A stretch of 64,000 bases of DNA. It comes from a virus (lineage: Duplodnaviria; Caudoviricetes). The translations under genes were made by a program, and so were the position numbers. The number at the start of each line of letters is the position of its first letter. Positions within the stretch are counted from its first letter, which is position 1. Under the pieces are notes generated by a model. It was not told the origin of the DNA. It saw only the letters and a list, made by a program, of their open reading frames with translations, and did no database searches. This document shows, piece by piece, positions 63,273 through 64,000 of the stretch. The DNA lies in IMG/VR virus record IMGVR_UViG_3300031836_000002, positions 60,210 through 124,209 of that record; one strand, written 5' to 3'.

Positions 63273-64000
63273 CTAAGCGGTTACGTCGGAAACGTAAACG
63301 AACTGCTCCGGGCGTGTGATGACGGGGAGGAGGTTCCACTCAAGCAAGTACTGACGAGCCGAAGGGTCCTTTTCCTTCCATGTCTTCGCGAACTTACCCG
63401 TGAAGCTCTCAGGAGCTTCGTCGTCTGCGGTGGGGCCTACGATAACCTCCAGCGGGCGGTTCTCGGTGAAGTTGCCAAGGACCAGAGCGTTCTCATTGAG
63501 GAAGCGCTGTTCCTGTGCCGGGTTGGTGGGGTTAGCACTATAGGCAGCGCCAGCGGCGTCGAACACTGAATCCTGCACGTGCCAGTCAAGGCCCATGAAG
63601 TTCGGAAGAGTTCCTTTGCCGTAGTACTGATCCTTCATGCGGTCCGAGAGAAGCACTCCGGGGTTCGCTCCTGCCGAAGCAAACGAGTCGAAGATGTGGT
63701 CAATCGTGGTGTCCGAGACATAAGCCTCAGTCGCCGCAACTCGACCATCACGGGATACGAGGCGCTTGAGCGCACGTACATCCGCAACGAGCTGCTTCGG
63801 AGTGGCCAGTGACCAGTCAGTACCAACCGAAGCCTTGTGACTTGGTAGGAACTTGTAGTCAATGTCGGCCTGCACGTCTGGGTAGTCGAGAACGAGGTTA
63901 CCCGTAAGCGACTGCCAAATCATGAATTCCGCGAAGTTGTCAAAGCGCTGGTTGAGGTCCTTGACCTCGCGCATGACAGCCTCTTCGGCACGAACCCTGT
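63273..64000 (-). CDS. major capsid protein (3' part)
   Basis: E.M..Q.L.G, W..KDPS and LPV..RP pattern of lambda gpE-like capsids; synteny. Confidence 0.85.
   Translation of the reverse strand, partial: RVRAEEAVMREVKDLNQRFDNFAEFMIWQSLTGNLVLDYPDVQADIDYKFLPSHKASVGTDWSLATPKQLVADVRALKRLVSRDGRVAATEAYVSDTTIDHIFDSFASAGANPGVLLSDRMKDQYYGKGTLPNFMGLDWHVQDSVFDAAGAAYSANPTNPAQEQRFLNENALVLGNFTENRPLEVIVGPTADDEAPESFTGKFAKTWKEKDPSARQYLLEWNLLPVITRPEQFVYVSDVTA

Overview
64 kb of a lytic-looking siphovirus-type actinobacteriophage genome (GC-rich, probable actinobacterial host; no integrase or repressor seen). Essentially all genes are on the minus strand. In transcription order: major capsid (partial), head-tail connectors, glycosyltransferase, major tail, frameshifting tail chaperones, tape measure, minor tails, lysis cassette; then a replication/recombination module (SNF2-like helicase, two sigma factors, DnaB, primase Zn finger, clamp-loader-like subunits, PolA, SSB, resolvase, RecA, Orn); a 7.4-kb array of 29 tRNA genes covering all 20 amino acids; and small early genes, many behind copies of a repeated sigmaA-type promoter. 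Main finding: two blocks of the tRNA array with non-overlapping amino-acid sets are each preceded by a promoter, a leaderless leader peptide and a terminator/antiterminator switch. The leader codons are largely those read by the tRNAs of the block downstream: MNTFSHLLPEDYFG precedes Pro/His/Asp/Glu/Tyr/Phe/Leu, and MRKNQSKQVMGSAIVANRSTSGLS precedes Ser/Lys/Gly/Thr/Val/Asn/Arg/Gln/Cys/Ile/Ala/Met. This looks like a codon-matched ribosome-stalling attenuation system that would switch phage tRNAs on when the cognate host tRNAs are depleted. The array also holds non-canonical tRNA-like RNAs (circularly permuted, expanded, truncated, CCA-ended). All calls were made by eye; no searches or folding programs were run.
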